From Atractiella rhizophila (taxonomy: Eukaryota): a DNA stretch of 36,047 bases. A model generated the notes under the pieces. It was not told the DNA's origin and ran no database searches. It saw nothing but the letters and a program-made list of their open reading frames with translations. The position numbers and the translations under genes are program-made. Positions 24,329 through 34,800 of the stretch are shown in pieces; within the stretch, counting starts at the first letter, position 1; each line of letters begins with the position of its first letter. The DNA lies in NCBI GenBank assembly GCA_021432655.1, contig MU271643.1, positions 1 through 36,047 of the forward strand, written 5' to 3'.

Positions 24329-24881
24329 GTTGAAAGGTAATCGAAGCACAGAATCAAGTAAACGGTAAATATCAAGCAGGGCACGGGCACGAAACGTGAA
24401 AGAGGTGGTGGTTGTTTGATGGAAAATAATGCGGTAGAGCAAGAGAGGCGGGAGGTGGGAAAGGGGTCACTCACATCCGGCCGTGAGTGAGACTATTGTG
24501 ACCCTTCCCGTTATTGGTCCGGTGGTGTCAGCTGTGGTGCAAACGGTGATCATGGAATGTCCTATGTCTCTTGATGGTCTAATATGGCCAGTCTGGAAGT
24601 AGAAAACCGAGAAATATCGTTGAAATAGATGACGACGCAACGTGATGTGTCAATGTAGATGTTTATGCAACCCTCACTTCTAGAAGGATGGCGAAGCCCC
24701 ATTCCAGTGGCACAGCTTAGATAAGGCGTGAATGATCATCACAAAGATGTCAATGGCATTTTAAGAGCCACAATAATGTGGATATAATGTACAACGTCCG
24801 ACTGGGATAAATAATACAAGATCGAAACACAAAGAGGAGCATCGAAAGCAAGGTGGACATGCTCACAGGTAATCAATCAAC

Positions 24882-26232
24882 TCAACAGATAGTGCATTCG
24901 CTCGCTGTCTCTTCCTCTCCCTCTCCCACCTCGAAGATCTCCAGATCCCCATTCGCCGTTCTCACGTTGACCGTGTCGCCCGACACGAGGTATTCAGTCC
25001 CATACCTATTCGGGGTCGAGGCAGGTGGTGGATTTTCTTCTACAGCCTCCGCAATCGTCTCCTCCGAGAGGTGGATCGGCGGTTTCTCCACAGTGGAGGC
25101 AGTGAAGGAGGGGAATAGGAATGCGCTGTTTGGAGCCGCGCCGGTGAGGGTGTCAAGGAGGGCAGAGAAGGAGGACTGGGAGCGTCGATGCGGTTGGATT
25201 TGCGTAGCCAACGAAGAGAGCGGAGGGCTCGCTGGGGTAGTTGGGAGGGGAGAACCGGCGCCGGATGGAGGAGGAGAAGGGCGGTCGAGTGCCTCGTCGA
25301 TAGACGATATCTTTCCTACTCCCCCTTTCGTCTCGTGGTGATAGATAGTCACGCGCTCCTTCATCTTTGGAGATACTTTGAGCGTTCCTTGATTGATGCG
25401 GAAGGAGAGAGAGGCGGAGAAGTCGGTTGGGATGCGGAGTTGCACTTTGCCTAGTTTATGAAACATTTAAGTTGGACGTTGACAGAGCATTGGAGTAGAC
25501 AGTGGACGCACCGTTCCATGTCCTGATATGAAGATCTACCTTCTGTCTAGGGTCGCGCTTTGCCTTTCATCACGTAACAAGCGTAAGAACATATTACAGA
25601 AGAGTGGAAGGAAGTAACGCACGATGGTCACCTGACATTGATGATTTGAGCTCACATTCAAGAGCGTCCGACCAGCATCCCTTCCTCTCTCCCCTTTCAA
25701 CCAGAAGCAGGCTTCGACTGATCCCCAGGCGGAATAGATATAGGCTGAAGAATTGTACCCTTTTCCTACACGTCACCATCCACGTATGAGCATCACATGG
25801 GACATGAGGAGCTAGCATTGGACGGCAGACCTTTAGGTGGAAAAGCCTGTCCGCTGAGTGGTCCAGCACTCATCTCTTCCGGTATTTCTGAATCCCAGAC
25901 AAAGTCAACGCTTTGGGTATTAGAATAAGGAAAAACGCACTGATATTAGCCGGCGGCTTGACAGACGGATCGAGGATGATGTTGGTCTTGATGAGATTGG
26001 AATCTCTAGAGATATAACAAAACCTGTTTATGGCGGCCTGAGAAGGTTCGAACGGTGCAGCTTCCGCTTCCTGTATCTCGTCCCTCGTCTGGGGAAGTGC
26101 CAGCTGGACTGCCGAGGGAGGTCTGGGGACATCATAATGGATGGCAGGCGACGGTGCGGCTGGAGCTGGGAGTGGAAGGGAGTTGGAGTACGGAGGAGGA
26201 GAGGCGGAAGACATGGCGCTGGGATCTATCAT
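24882..26232 (-). CDS. Hypothetical protein with an N-terminal PPxY motif, beta-strand repeats (adhesin/DUF4097/DUF7330-like) and a C-terminal CaaX box
   Basis: Five exons splice in frame: SPPPYS near the N-terminus; FCYISRDSNLIKTNIILDP; repeats AYIYSAWGSVEACF, LHIRTWNGKVQLRIP, FRINQGTLKVSP, VNVRTANGDLEIF; ends ECTIC* (TGA at 24882-24884). The DUF assignment is from memory only. Confidence 0.75.
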
Positions 26233-26627
26233 CGTGAAAGTCTTGCTCGTTTTTTGAGCGGCCCTTTTGAGGGAGAAGTATCGGAAAGCGAGTCAGACTG
26301 TCCCTGGTCGAAAATTCGGGGTTTTAGTTCTGTCACAAAACACACTTTCTCCTGTGTTTTTTTTTTATGTGATCGACTACAAGCCGTACTTTGATAGCCT
26401 GTAGGGGCAGAGAAAGCGACTTATACACAGTTGCTGCCTGCAATAAGTATGGCTTGTAATGAGGCCCGGAAGCCGCGGCTGAACTGACTCTCCACATACA
26501 CATTGCTTTCTCTTGTTCTTCATTTCAAATTAAGTGGAAAAAGGGATCTGAAATTTGGCTTGATCCAGCCTGCGATAACTGTTCCACTTGCACATCTCCT
26601 TTGTATCTACTAGAACGATCCAACAAA

Positions 26628-28252
26628 ATGAGCAGCATCCCCTCCGACACAGACGATCTGAAGTGGGCTCGCTTTCTTTTCTCCTGTGCGCTTCTCCCAC
26701 TGAACAGACGACGTAAACAGCAAAGTAAAGCTCTTCATCGAGTCCTATTACCGCGCACTAGACGCGTCCTCAGCCACCACCACTCCTGGGGAACAAGAAG
26801 TGGGCAAATTTTATGGCGAAAAGTCCAAGGTTGCCATCTCCTTGCCTTCCTTCATTGGATTCCACCTAATCTTCTGCTTGATGAGTGCAGATCGTATGGA
26901 ACGGTACTGCGTTCGATACCCCAGCCGCGTTTGAACAGATGCTTCAGGTGTGTCTCTTTATCTTCTCACAATACCTGGAAAGGAAGGAGAGTAATGCGTC
27001 GATGATTGTTTCATTGGGAAGAAACTGGCAAAGAGTCAACATAGCGTGGAGAGCTATAACTGCCATACCGTGCCTGGTGAGTCCTCTCTCTGGCCAATTT
27101 GCTTAAAGATGAGATCGGGAATGGATGATGTGCTGCTTTATTTCGTTTTGGAGCCGAGAAATCAAGGCATGTCATGTTAGACATTGGACGATCTGAGGTG
27201 TCTACCTGACTTATTGCACGGAGACATTACATATGCATGTGCTTCCTGAAACGCCTCAGTTGGGAGCTAAATTATAAGATCGATGAGAACCAGATGCCTC
27301 CTGTCGAAGTCGACGCTCCAATGTTGAGCCTAACCTCAAACGATCATTGCGTTTGCATGCATTTCCTATGTTGACTTCTGCATCCACACGGACGCGCGGA
27401 GCGCTAGCTCCTTCCAGAAGGAAGAGAGCAGCCGCGTGTTTGCCCTTTAATCTCACTGACGACGATTCGATCATGACGAGCTGAAAGATGGAGAGAGCCT
27501 TGCATCTTCTCGCTAGCATAAATGGCCTTTGCGTACTCCCTCTTCTGATAACCTTCCTGCCTGTCATCCCGATTGACTTGTCAATGTATTTCAGAGGTGC
27601 AGAGGTTTCACGTTCTTTTAGCAAATCAAAAGCTTGTGCTGGCTTCTGAACTGAAAGAATGAAATTACAAATGCCTTCTGCCGGCCCTCACACTCGAACT
27701 GTTCAACGTTCAACGTTCAACGTTCATCAATCGTACGACTCCCCTCTTGTGCGGACATTTGTCCTCAGAAAGCAGGCAGGACGATTATTATTTTCTCTTG
27801 TCACGCGATGATTGTTCTCTCTCGTCACAAGTTCGTAAAAGAAGGGCACGCTGACATTTTCGTAAATTTGAAGGCCCTCACTTCGGAAGAGGTGACACTT
27901 TTTCTAACTTAGCTCAATCTTGAATCAGCTGACAAGGAATCACGTATTAATCACGTTTTGTCGTTCCATTCAACCCACATGTGTTATCTTTCCAAACGTT
28001 ACTTGATATGTACCTTCTACGCTCGCAGCAGCGGCTGACACTGTTTGATGCATGTGAACAGGTGTCGGCTCCTCCTCCGCACTCGCCATCATCGTCTCAG
28101 GGCAAGTGACGCACACCTCCACACCGAAGGATAACACGACGAGACCGTTCTCTCAATCCTTCCTTCTCGCCAAGACTCCAGCGGTCAAAGCACCCTTTCC
28201 AGGGTATGGCATTGTGGCAGATTCGTATCGTTTTGTGGGTGCGATCCATTGA
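26628..28252 (+). CDS. NXT1: NTF2-related export protein Nxt1/p15 (partner of the Mex67/NXF1 mRNA exporter), 5 exons with a 985-nt fourth intron
   Basis: Exons 26628-26662, 26721-26829, 26891-26947, 27022-27076 and 28062-28252 give ...KVKLFIESYYRALD...GKFYGEKSKIVWNGT...SQHSVESYNCHTVPG...LAIIVSGQVTH...RPFSQSFLL...YGIVADSYRFVG, the NTF2-fold pattern of Nxt1. A further short intron near the 3' end is possible. Confidence 0.85.
27389..27442 (+). other. Extended RNA hairpin inside nxt1 intron 4
   Basis: 27389-27399 pairs with 27432-27442 (11 bp, 3 G-U). Inner stem CT-A-GCTC-CTTCC / GGAAG-A-GAGC-AG closes an AGAA loop at 27416-27419. Confidence 0.55.
27701..27726. repeat. Tandem heptamer (GTTCAAC)3 plus GTTCA inside nxt1 intron 4
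   Basis: Read directly: gttcaac gttcaac gttcaac gttca. Confidence 0.9.
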
Positions 28253-28786
28253 AGTAACGCGCTCGGCTGCTGAGATTGAGGACAATGGCTTTGAGGCTTT
28301 GATGGATGACAAACGACGATCATGGAACATGTGTTCATTCGGTCTGCATTATGCGCCCAACTTTGCTTTTTGGCGCATCTTTATCGTTGGACCGCGGGTG
28401 TAACGGACGGTGCTGGAATAGTTGAACAATGAGACAAAAGAGCCGTGGAGGCGAAGGGGAACCGGAGTTGTGCAGGTTGATGAAATTTCGATGGACCTTG
28501 TCTTGAGAAACGTTTAGAGAGCCATGGATTGAAATTTCACTGATTTATTACGAACTTGAACAGCATTGATGAAAAATAGAACTGAGATTGAGATCACCCA
28601 AAAGTGAAAGAAGCAGGCGAGTCAGCAATTTGAGTTTGTAGCCCGAATCGGAAGCGCCAAACGGGACGCTTTTGAGAAAAAAGACGACCACCTCGCAACA
28701 ACATCTCCCTGCCCGTAACAAAACCTCGACCCCAACCACCATCACCCACCCTCCCTCCGGATCCTCTCATCCATCACCCAACAAGA

Positions 28787-30694
28787 ATGTCTTCCGAAGC
28801 CTCCCCCGCTGTCCCTGCCGCCGCCGTCGCTGCCCCGCCACAAATCGACACCAACGTCTCGAATGGAGTCGCTGGACCTCCCACCGCGACCTCTGAGATG
28901 GTCACTTCCCCGGCTTTCGATCCCGCCAACTCCACCCTAACCCTCAGGGCGCTCGTCTCCACCAAAGAGGCAGGCGTCATCATTGGGAAGGGGGGAAAGA
29001 ACGTCGCGGACCTCAGGGAGGCGACCGGCGTCAAGGCCGGCGTCAGTAAGGTCGTGGCTGGAGTTACGGATAGGGTTTTGACTGTAACTGGCAAGTTGGA
29101 GAGCGTTTCGAAGGTATGTGTCACTCTTTTGGATAGTAAGAAATTGTTTGGGAAGGAAGATTATTGTTGCCGTCATGGGAGAGGCATTATTTATTCCCTT
29201 TGGAAAGAGGAGCATATGAGAGAAGCTATATCGTCAATCTTTTTTTGTTGACTTATTTTTGCTAAGGCGATATCTTTGTTGCGATGGAGAGGGAAGAAGT
29301 CGGAGCAGACTGTTCAGCTGCCAGGATCAAATTTCACGCGTAATCGCACTACTGAGGACTCCGATTGAAGAACGGAAATTGCATTCAATGTCCTTTCTCT
29401 CTTTCGTTGAATCAAACCGACTTTTCTTACATTAGTTCATGTTCAGCTTCACCTTACTTGTTCATTTGGAGCAAATGAAAATTTTGGGGTCTAAAATCCC
29501 AATTACAGCGGTCGAGTTTGTGAAATCGAGCCGCTGTCCGACTCAATGGAGCTATCTATTTGGCGCAGAGGGTTCTATCAAATGGATCGAAACCTTGTTT
29601 CCCCATTTGCTCCTCAGCCTCAGCCTCAGATTGATTGGGTTCTCCGTCCCTCGCGGACGTCGTTTTGGTGAGAAAGAGCATGTTGACGTTCGCCTTTTTG
29701 GACGTGTTTCAACCTTGGAAATCACCCTTCGTGAGATGACACCCTATTTACGTGATTCGACTTTCGCCCGAGACGCCGTTCGGGCATTGTTCCGTCCAGA
29801 ACTGATACTGACACGGCACGATGACGAGAACAGGCCTACTCTCTCGTCGCGCAGACTATCCTCGAAAATCCCATCTCTGTCTCTCCGCCGACCACTCCTG
29901 TCACCTCTCCCACCAGCTCTACGTCCACCATCCGACTCCTCATCTCCCACAACTTGATGGGTTCCATCATCGGCAAGCAAGGACTTAAAATCAAGCAGAT
30001 CCAAGACGCCTCTGGAACTCGCATGATTGCTGGAAAAGAAATGCTTCCTCAATCTACCGAACGAATTGTCGAACTCCACGGAACGACGGAGGGAATCCGA
30101 GTTGCTGTTTGGGAGATCGGGAAATGCTTGTTGGAGGACTGGGAGAGGGGACAAGGCACGGTGCTCTACCACCCTGGAGCTGTTGGACCGGAAGGAGCGG
30201 CTTCGACGTACCCTGGAGGCGTGTTGGGCAGCGGGTCTTCTTACACTTCTCCCATGAGGAAGCCGTCTGGAGGACCGAGAAGGAACGGGAGTGGGAGCGG
30301 GAGCCCCACCGCTGAAAGGCGGAATACAAACGGGAACGGCGCCGTTGCCTCCCCTACGGATCCCAATATGAGGACTCAGAACATCTCCATCCCCGCCGAC
30401 ATGGTTGGATGCATCATTGGCAAGGGCGGAAGCAAGATTAATGAGATTAGAAGGTTGAGTGGGAGCAAAATTTCGATCGCTAAAGACGCTCATGACGAGT
30501 CTATGGAGAGGATGTTCACGATCACCGGCGTATGTCTCCCTTCCTTCCCATTGCTGTGGTATTGGTGCTGACAGATGACGTGTGTGCGGACGTAGACGGC
30601 GGAGGCGAACGAGAAAGCGCTCTTTTTGCTTTACAACCAGCTGGAGACGGAGAAGGAGAGGAGGATGCAGAGCGTTCAGGAGCAATCCGAATAA
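28787..30694 (+). CDS. rnc1: Triple-KH-domain RNA-binding protein of the Rnc1/Pbp2/PCBP type, 3 exons with a 720-nt first intron
   Basis: Introns 29114-29833 and 30530-30595. Three KH GxxG loops (AGVIIGKGG, MGSIIGKQG, VGCIIGKGG) and the C-terminus NEKALFLLYNQLETEKERR, closely resembling S. pombe Rnc1. Confidence 0.93.
29461..29613 (+). other. Candidate multi-stem structured RNA element in rnc1 intron 1
   Basis: A perfect 10-bp closing stem GGAGCAAATG (29468-29477) / CATTTGCTCC (29604-29613) encloses three hairpins: 29484-29502, 29505-29537 and 29554-29587. Confidence 0.55.
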
Positions 30695-31813
30695 ATCAAC
30701 AAACACTTTTCGCACAGCGCCATTGATATCGCAAATGAACAGGACCGGCCGTATTCTCGATTCTCCTTTTCCGAGTCGATTTACGAAGCGACCAACAATA
30801 AAGAACTGCAATAACTCATCAAGAAAGAAGAAAAGTAGCACGTAGTCTGTGCCCTTGTATTCGATCAAAATCCTCCTCCGTCTCCTAACCCAATACAATC
30901 GAAAGCCAGTCGTCTCCTCGTCCGTCTCGTCTTGATCTTCTTCCTCTCTTACCGATACCCATACTATCGAATTCTCACTATCCGGTCTCGTGTCCCCTAT
31001 CAACTTTCTCGAATCAAAACAAGATTTTAGCCCAAAAATACTCTTATCCGTTCCGAATTCCGTTCCGTCGATCCCTTCTCCCTTACGTTCCCCCCTTTAT
31101 CCCTAATCAGCTCCGGAAGAAGAGCAGCTGGACAAATTTTCGGCACCGCTGCACTTCTTTCCGTCTCGTCCACCCAATCCAAATCCTATCTCCAGTCTGC
31201 TATCTCTCTCCTCTATAGTCTGCGCTCGGCCCGCTTTTCCCCTTTCACCTCTCTGTCCAGTCTCTTTTCTTCTCTCTCTCCTCCCGCCCTTCCGCCCGAA
31301 CGAACCAAGAAGACAATCGAGACCTCTTTCGCCCTCGAGCCTCCGTCGTCCGTCCGCCACAATGATCCTGTCTGTCAAATCGAGGATGGTGAAAATGGAA
31401 TGTCTCCGCCTCTTTAGCAGCCAGCAACTGTTATGCGGCATCGCATTCCAATCTTGGTGGATCAAGACCTTATGATTCACCCATTTCTGCATTCTCGACA
31501 GGCAGTTTGTCGCAATGTGCATGTTCTCATTTGCTTATGCTAGTCTTTTTCGTTCTTTGGCTGTTGTTGCCTATGTCTTTTTTGGGAGAGGGTGAGAATT
31601 GTTATGTCACATGCTGGTGCAGTATTGATTACTACTCTTTGGAATGAATGCATCATGCCCCTATTTCTCAGACGAGGATGGAGCCTAGTACGCGATCAAC
31701 GTGTGGGAGAAATAAATTGACACCAGGTAACATTTAGCAGCATCTTTGTTCAGGTAGAGAACTTGAAAGGTCATCTTATTTCATTCTTTTGTTTGATGCA
31801 TGGTATATATATC

Positions 31814-34800
31814 TTATTCTTTGAGGTATCCATTCTTGATAAGCCATTGCTCCACGTCCTTCTCATCGCTTGCAAGCCAGTTCGCCCGTTGCTTCACGAT
31901 TTCCAAACCCTACAGAATTCATTCATGTCAGTGACATGCAGAGCAACACAAGAAAACATTGTACCTCAGTCAACCGAGAAGCATATGACGAGGTGCTACG
32001 AATCCTGTATGAGCAAATTACACGGGAGGGAGAGAGGCTTACTCCTTGTTCGCGAAAAACTTCTGGACATCTTCATAATCAGACATCTTGGTTAACCTTG
32101 ACAATTCGCTGTCAGAACGACGGTGGTTGCAGAAAGACATCACTCACGCATTGAACGAATAGATGACAAAATGAGCGAATGAGTAATTGCCCTTGTAACG
32201 TTCTGCAATCACATTGAAATGATCCTACAACCTGACGTGAGCAATGCAAGTTTTGGAAACACGGCGACTCGCGTCTTCGCTAAACCAGTTCCAGAACTTC
32301 CGTCGCGAGGTGCCCACTCCTCCCAAGTTTCCAGAGAATCGCATCAGCTCCTAATAGGACGTCAACACAGGAGTCATGGGTGCGAGTGAGATATCCACAT
32401 TGTCCTTAATTTCAGCGGGATCAAGGAGCTACAGAGAGGTTGAGTGTTGCTACTGACAAATAGCTTATTCTTACCATCTTAAATAAGCGGTCCAAAACTT
32501 TCTCGTCTGTGGTCCTGCATAGACCTCTGACAGCCGCCAGGCGTTCGTCTGGGGAGCTAGGGTCCTTGAAGATCTTGAGGACAGCTTCGAACTCTGCAAC
32601 GCCTCCATTCTTGACAGCTGCGCCGAATGCCGCCGTTCGAATGTCACCTGGAATCAGAGAGCGGTCGTTGTTTTCCAAGACTGGCGCGAATCGTCGTTGG
32701 ATTTCCTTGACCGTGCTGACAAAAGGGTCATTTTATCACGCATCCGCCAACATCCCACTTACGCTTCATCTCCAGTTAGAGCAGCGTGTTCAATAGCAAG
32801 AGCACGGAGTTCATGGATTGCGGGCTTCTCTTTCGGGTCGAATTCGAAGCCTAACCTCTGAACGAGAGGAGCAGCTAAGGATCTCCTGACTGCTTGTAAC
32901 GCCTCGACGACTTCAGGACGGCTTTCAAACCAAGTGCTATGGGTCTGACCCAAACAGCCTACGTTATGGGGTCAGCACGGCGAACAGATGTTAGGGCACG
33001 CGAACTCAGCATCTCGTTCCATACCAAGTGCGATTCCTCATTAGACATTTTGGCAACGAGGTCCAGCACAGCAGACGTCTTTCCGTAACCAGCAGTTGCG
33101 AGTGCCATAGCATCTTGGATCAGACCCATCCTGCAAGTAATTAGAAAGCAGTAGTGGGAGAAATCCATGCTTACCTGTCAGCAACCGAGGTGAAGCCGTT
33201 TGGTTTCGCCATCTCCTCGCCCAACTTGGCAGAGCGCTCCGGCGGGTATAGCACACGATCTAGTCAGAAGCAGTGAGCAATGAGGTTCTTTGTTAAGCCG
33301 AGGACGCACAAACGCCGTTAGTGTCTGCGTTAAGTTTATAGGTCAGGTTCTTGACATCCTTCAAAGGGATGATCTTTTCGCGAGAGTCCAGAAGCAGCTT
33401 TGAGTCAACGGAGACCTTGCCATCGGCATCCACTGTCTTAAGGAAGAGTGGCACTTGCCAGATTGTTTCGTCCTCCTCAGGCTGTAGAACATTTCAGACC
33501 CAAAAATACGAACCAAGAACAACCCAACCGTGGAACGCCAAAACCCGAATTCCTTTGTCAGTCATTTACTCCCAAATCAAATCATAAACGCACTCAAGAA
33601 CCTATTTTGCCTAACCTTCAATCCCTCCTCTGTCTCTTCCACAGTGATGACAGGGAATCCCGTTTTCTTCGTCCAGTTATTCATCATGCTAGCCACGTCG
33701 AATCCACTCGCTTCCGAGATGGCGTTCCAAAGATCGGTCGTCTCTGAATTAGAGTAGATGAATCGTTTCAGATATATAGACCTATGTAGATACCTCAGCT
33801 GGTTCGAGTGAGAATGAAAGACTTACACGCCATTCAAGAATGGCTTCTCCCCAATGAAACGCATGAGCATCCTCAGCACGGATCCACCCTCTACGCCACA
33901 TTAAACAGCATAAAAAAAGGTTTAAAAGAAGGCATACTCTCGTAAGAAATGGAGTCGAATATCTGCCTCTTTGATCAGCGCTATCACTCTGAGGAAGGGC
34001 ATTCATACCTGGTTCACGCGATTGCTGTCTTGACATTCCACTTCAATGGGATGAGAAGATCTGGTAGCGTCCAGAGACAAAGCACGCTTCAAAGCTGAAG
34101 TGATGAAGTCGTCCCATACACTCCACTCTGGTCGTATCCTGTCAAGCACGACATACTCTCCAACCTAGTTGCATCGGATCAGGAGAGCAGAGATCAGCGA
34201 AGGATTCCTACCAAAGTAGCGAAGGCTTCATTGAGCCACAATCCTTCCCACCAGCTCATGGTCACGATGTTGCCAAACTTGGATTAAGTAAGCGATTGTG
34301 GATATTGCTTTGGATTGGGAAATGACACACCCACATGTGAGCCACTTCGTGAGACTGTACAGAAGTGATTTGTCGATTGGCGGCCAGCGATGGATTCTCC
34401 TCGTCATAAAGCTGTGCCTCTATTCACAGTCTGGTTAGCAAAACTTCATGAGATATGTGAATAAACATGCCAGTTCGACCGGTGATTAATCCCCATCCTT
34501 CCCTATAAATCCTGTCAGCAGAATGAAGAGGAAGAGGAAAAAGTTGTGTACATGGCACCCATATCGAAATCGTGAGCGCTGAGAGTATCGAGTTTCGGGA
34601 GCGGGTACGGAATGTCGAAGATCTCCTCAAAGTGAGGCAAAACTTCGGCCGTGACATCGATACACCTTTGTCCCTGCTTCACGATGTCCTTGGTCGCATA
34701 ATGTCTAAGAGGGAGCCTTCCTTTCGAGAGCTCCACGGACTTCTCGAGGCATCTATGATCAACTAGATGAACCGGTTCTGCTTCTGTCAACAAATGGAAG

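Noticed and set aside
24853..24920. ECTIC as the start of a RING finger (MGRN1/LOG2-like ligase)
   Set aside because: A stop follows immediately, and I found no good donor or downstream exon with the remaining Cys/His ligands. CaaX is the simpler reading.
27121..27210. Possible box C/D snoRNA (ATGATGT...CTGA) in the nxt1 intron
   Set aside because: The C box is degenerate, there is no clear terminal stem, and I recognise no rRNA-complementary guide. An Infernal or snoscan search would be needed to exclude it fully.
27256..27624. 122-aa minus-strand ORF nested in the nxt1 intron
   Set aside because: Non-ATG start as called, no domain similarity and no coding-like composition.
27077..29833. 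TPP riboswitch or retroviral CTE motif in the long introns
   Set aside because: I found neither the TPP aptamer core arrangement nor the CTE AACCUAAGACAGG motif, and the host genes are unrelated to thiamine.
29439..29957. 172-aa plus-strand ORF starting inside the rnc1 intron
   Set aside because: It runs out of frame over rnc1 exon 2 and has no motif. The region is better explained by RNA structure, although translation cannot be excluded.
29744..31003. 419-aa minus-strand ORF overlapping rnc1
   Set aside because: It is the antisense shadow of rnc1 exon 2 and its pyrimidine-rich downstream region, with no recognisable domain.
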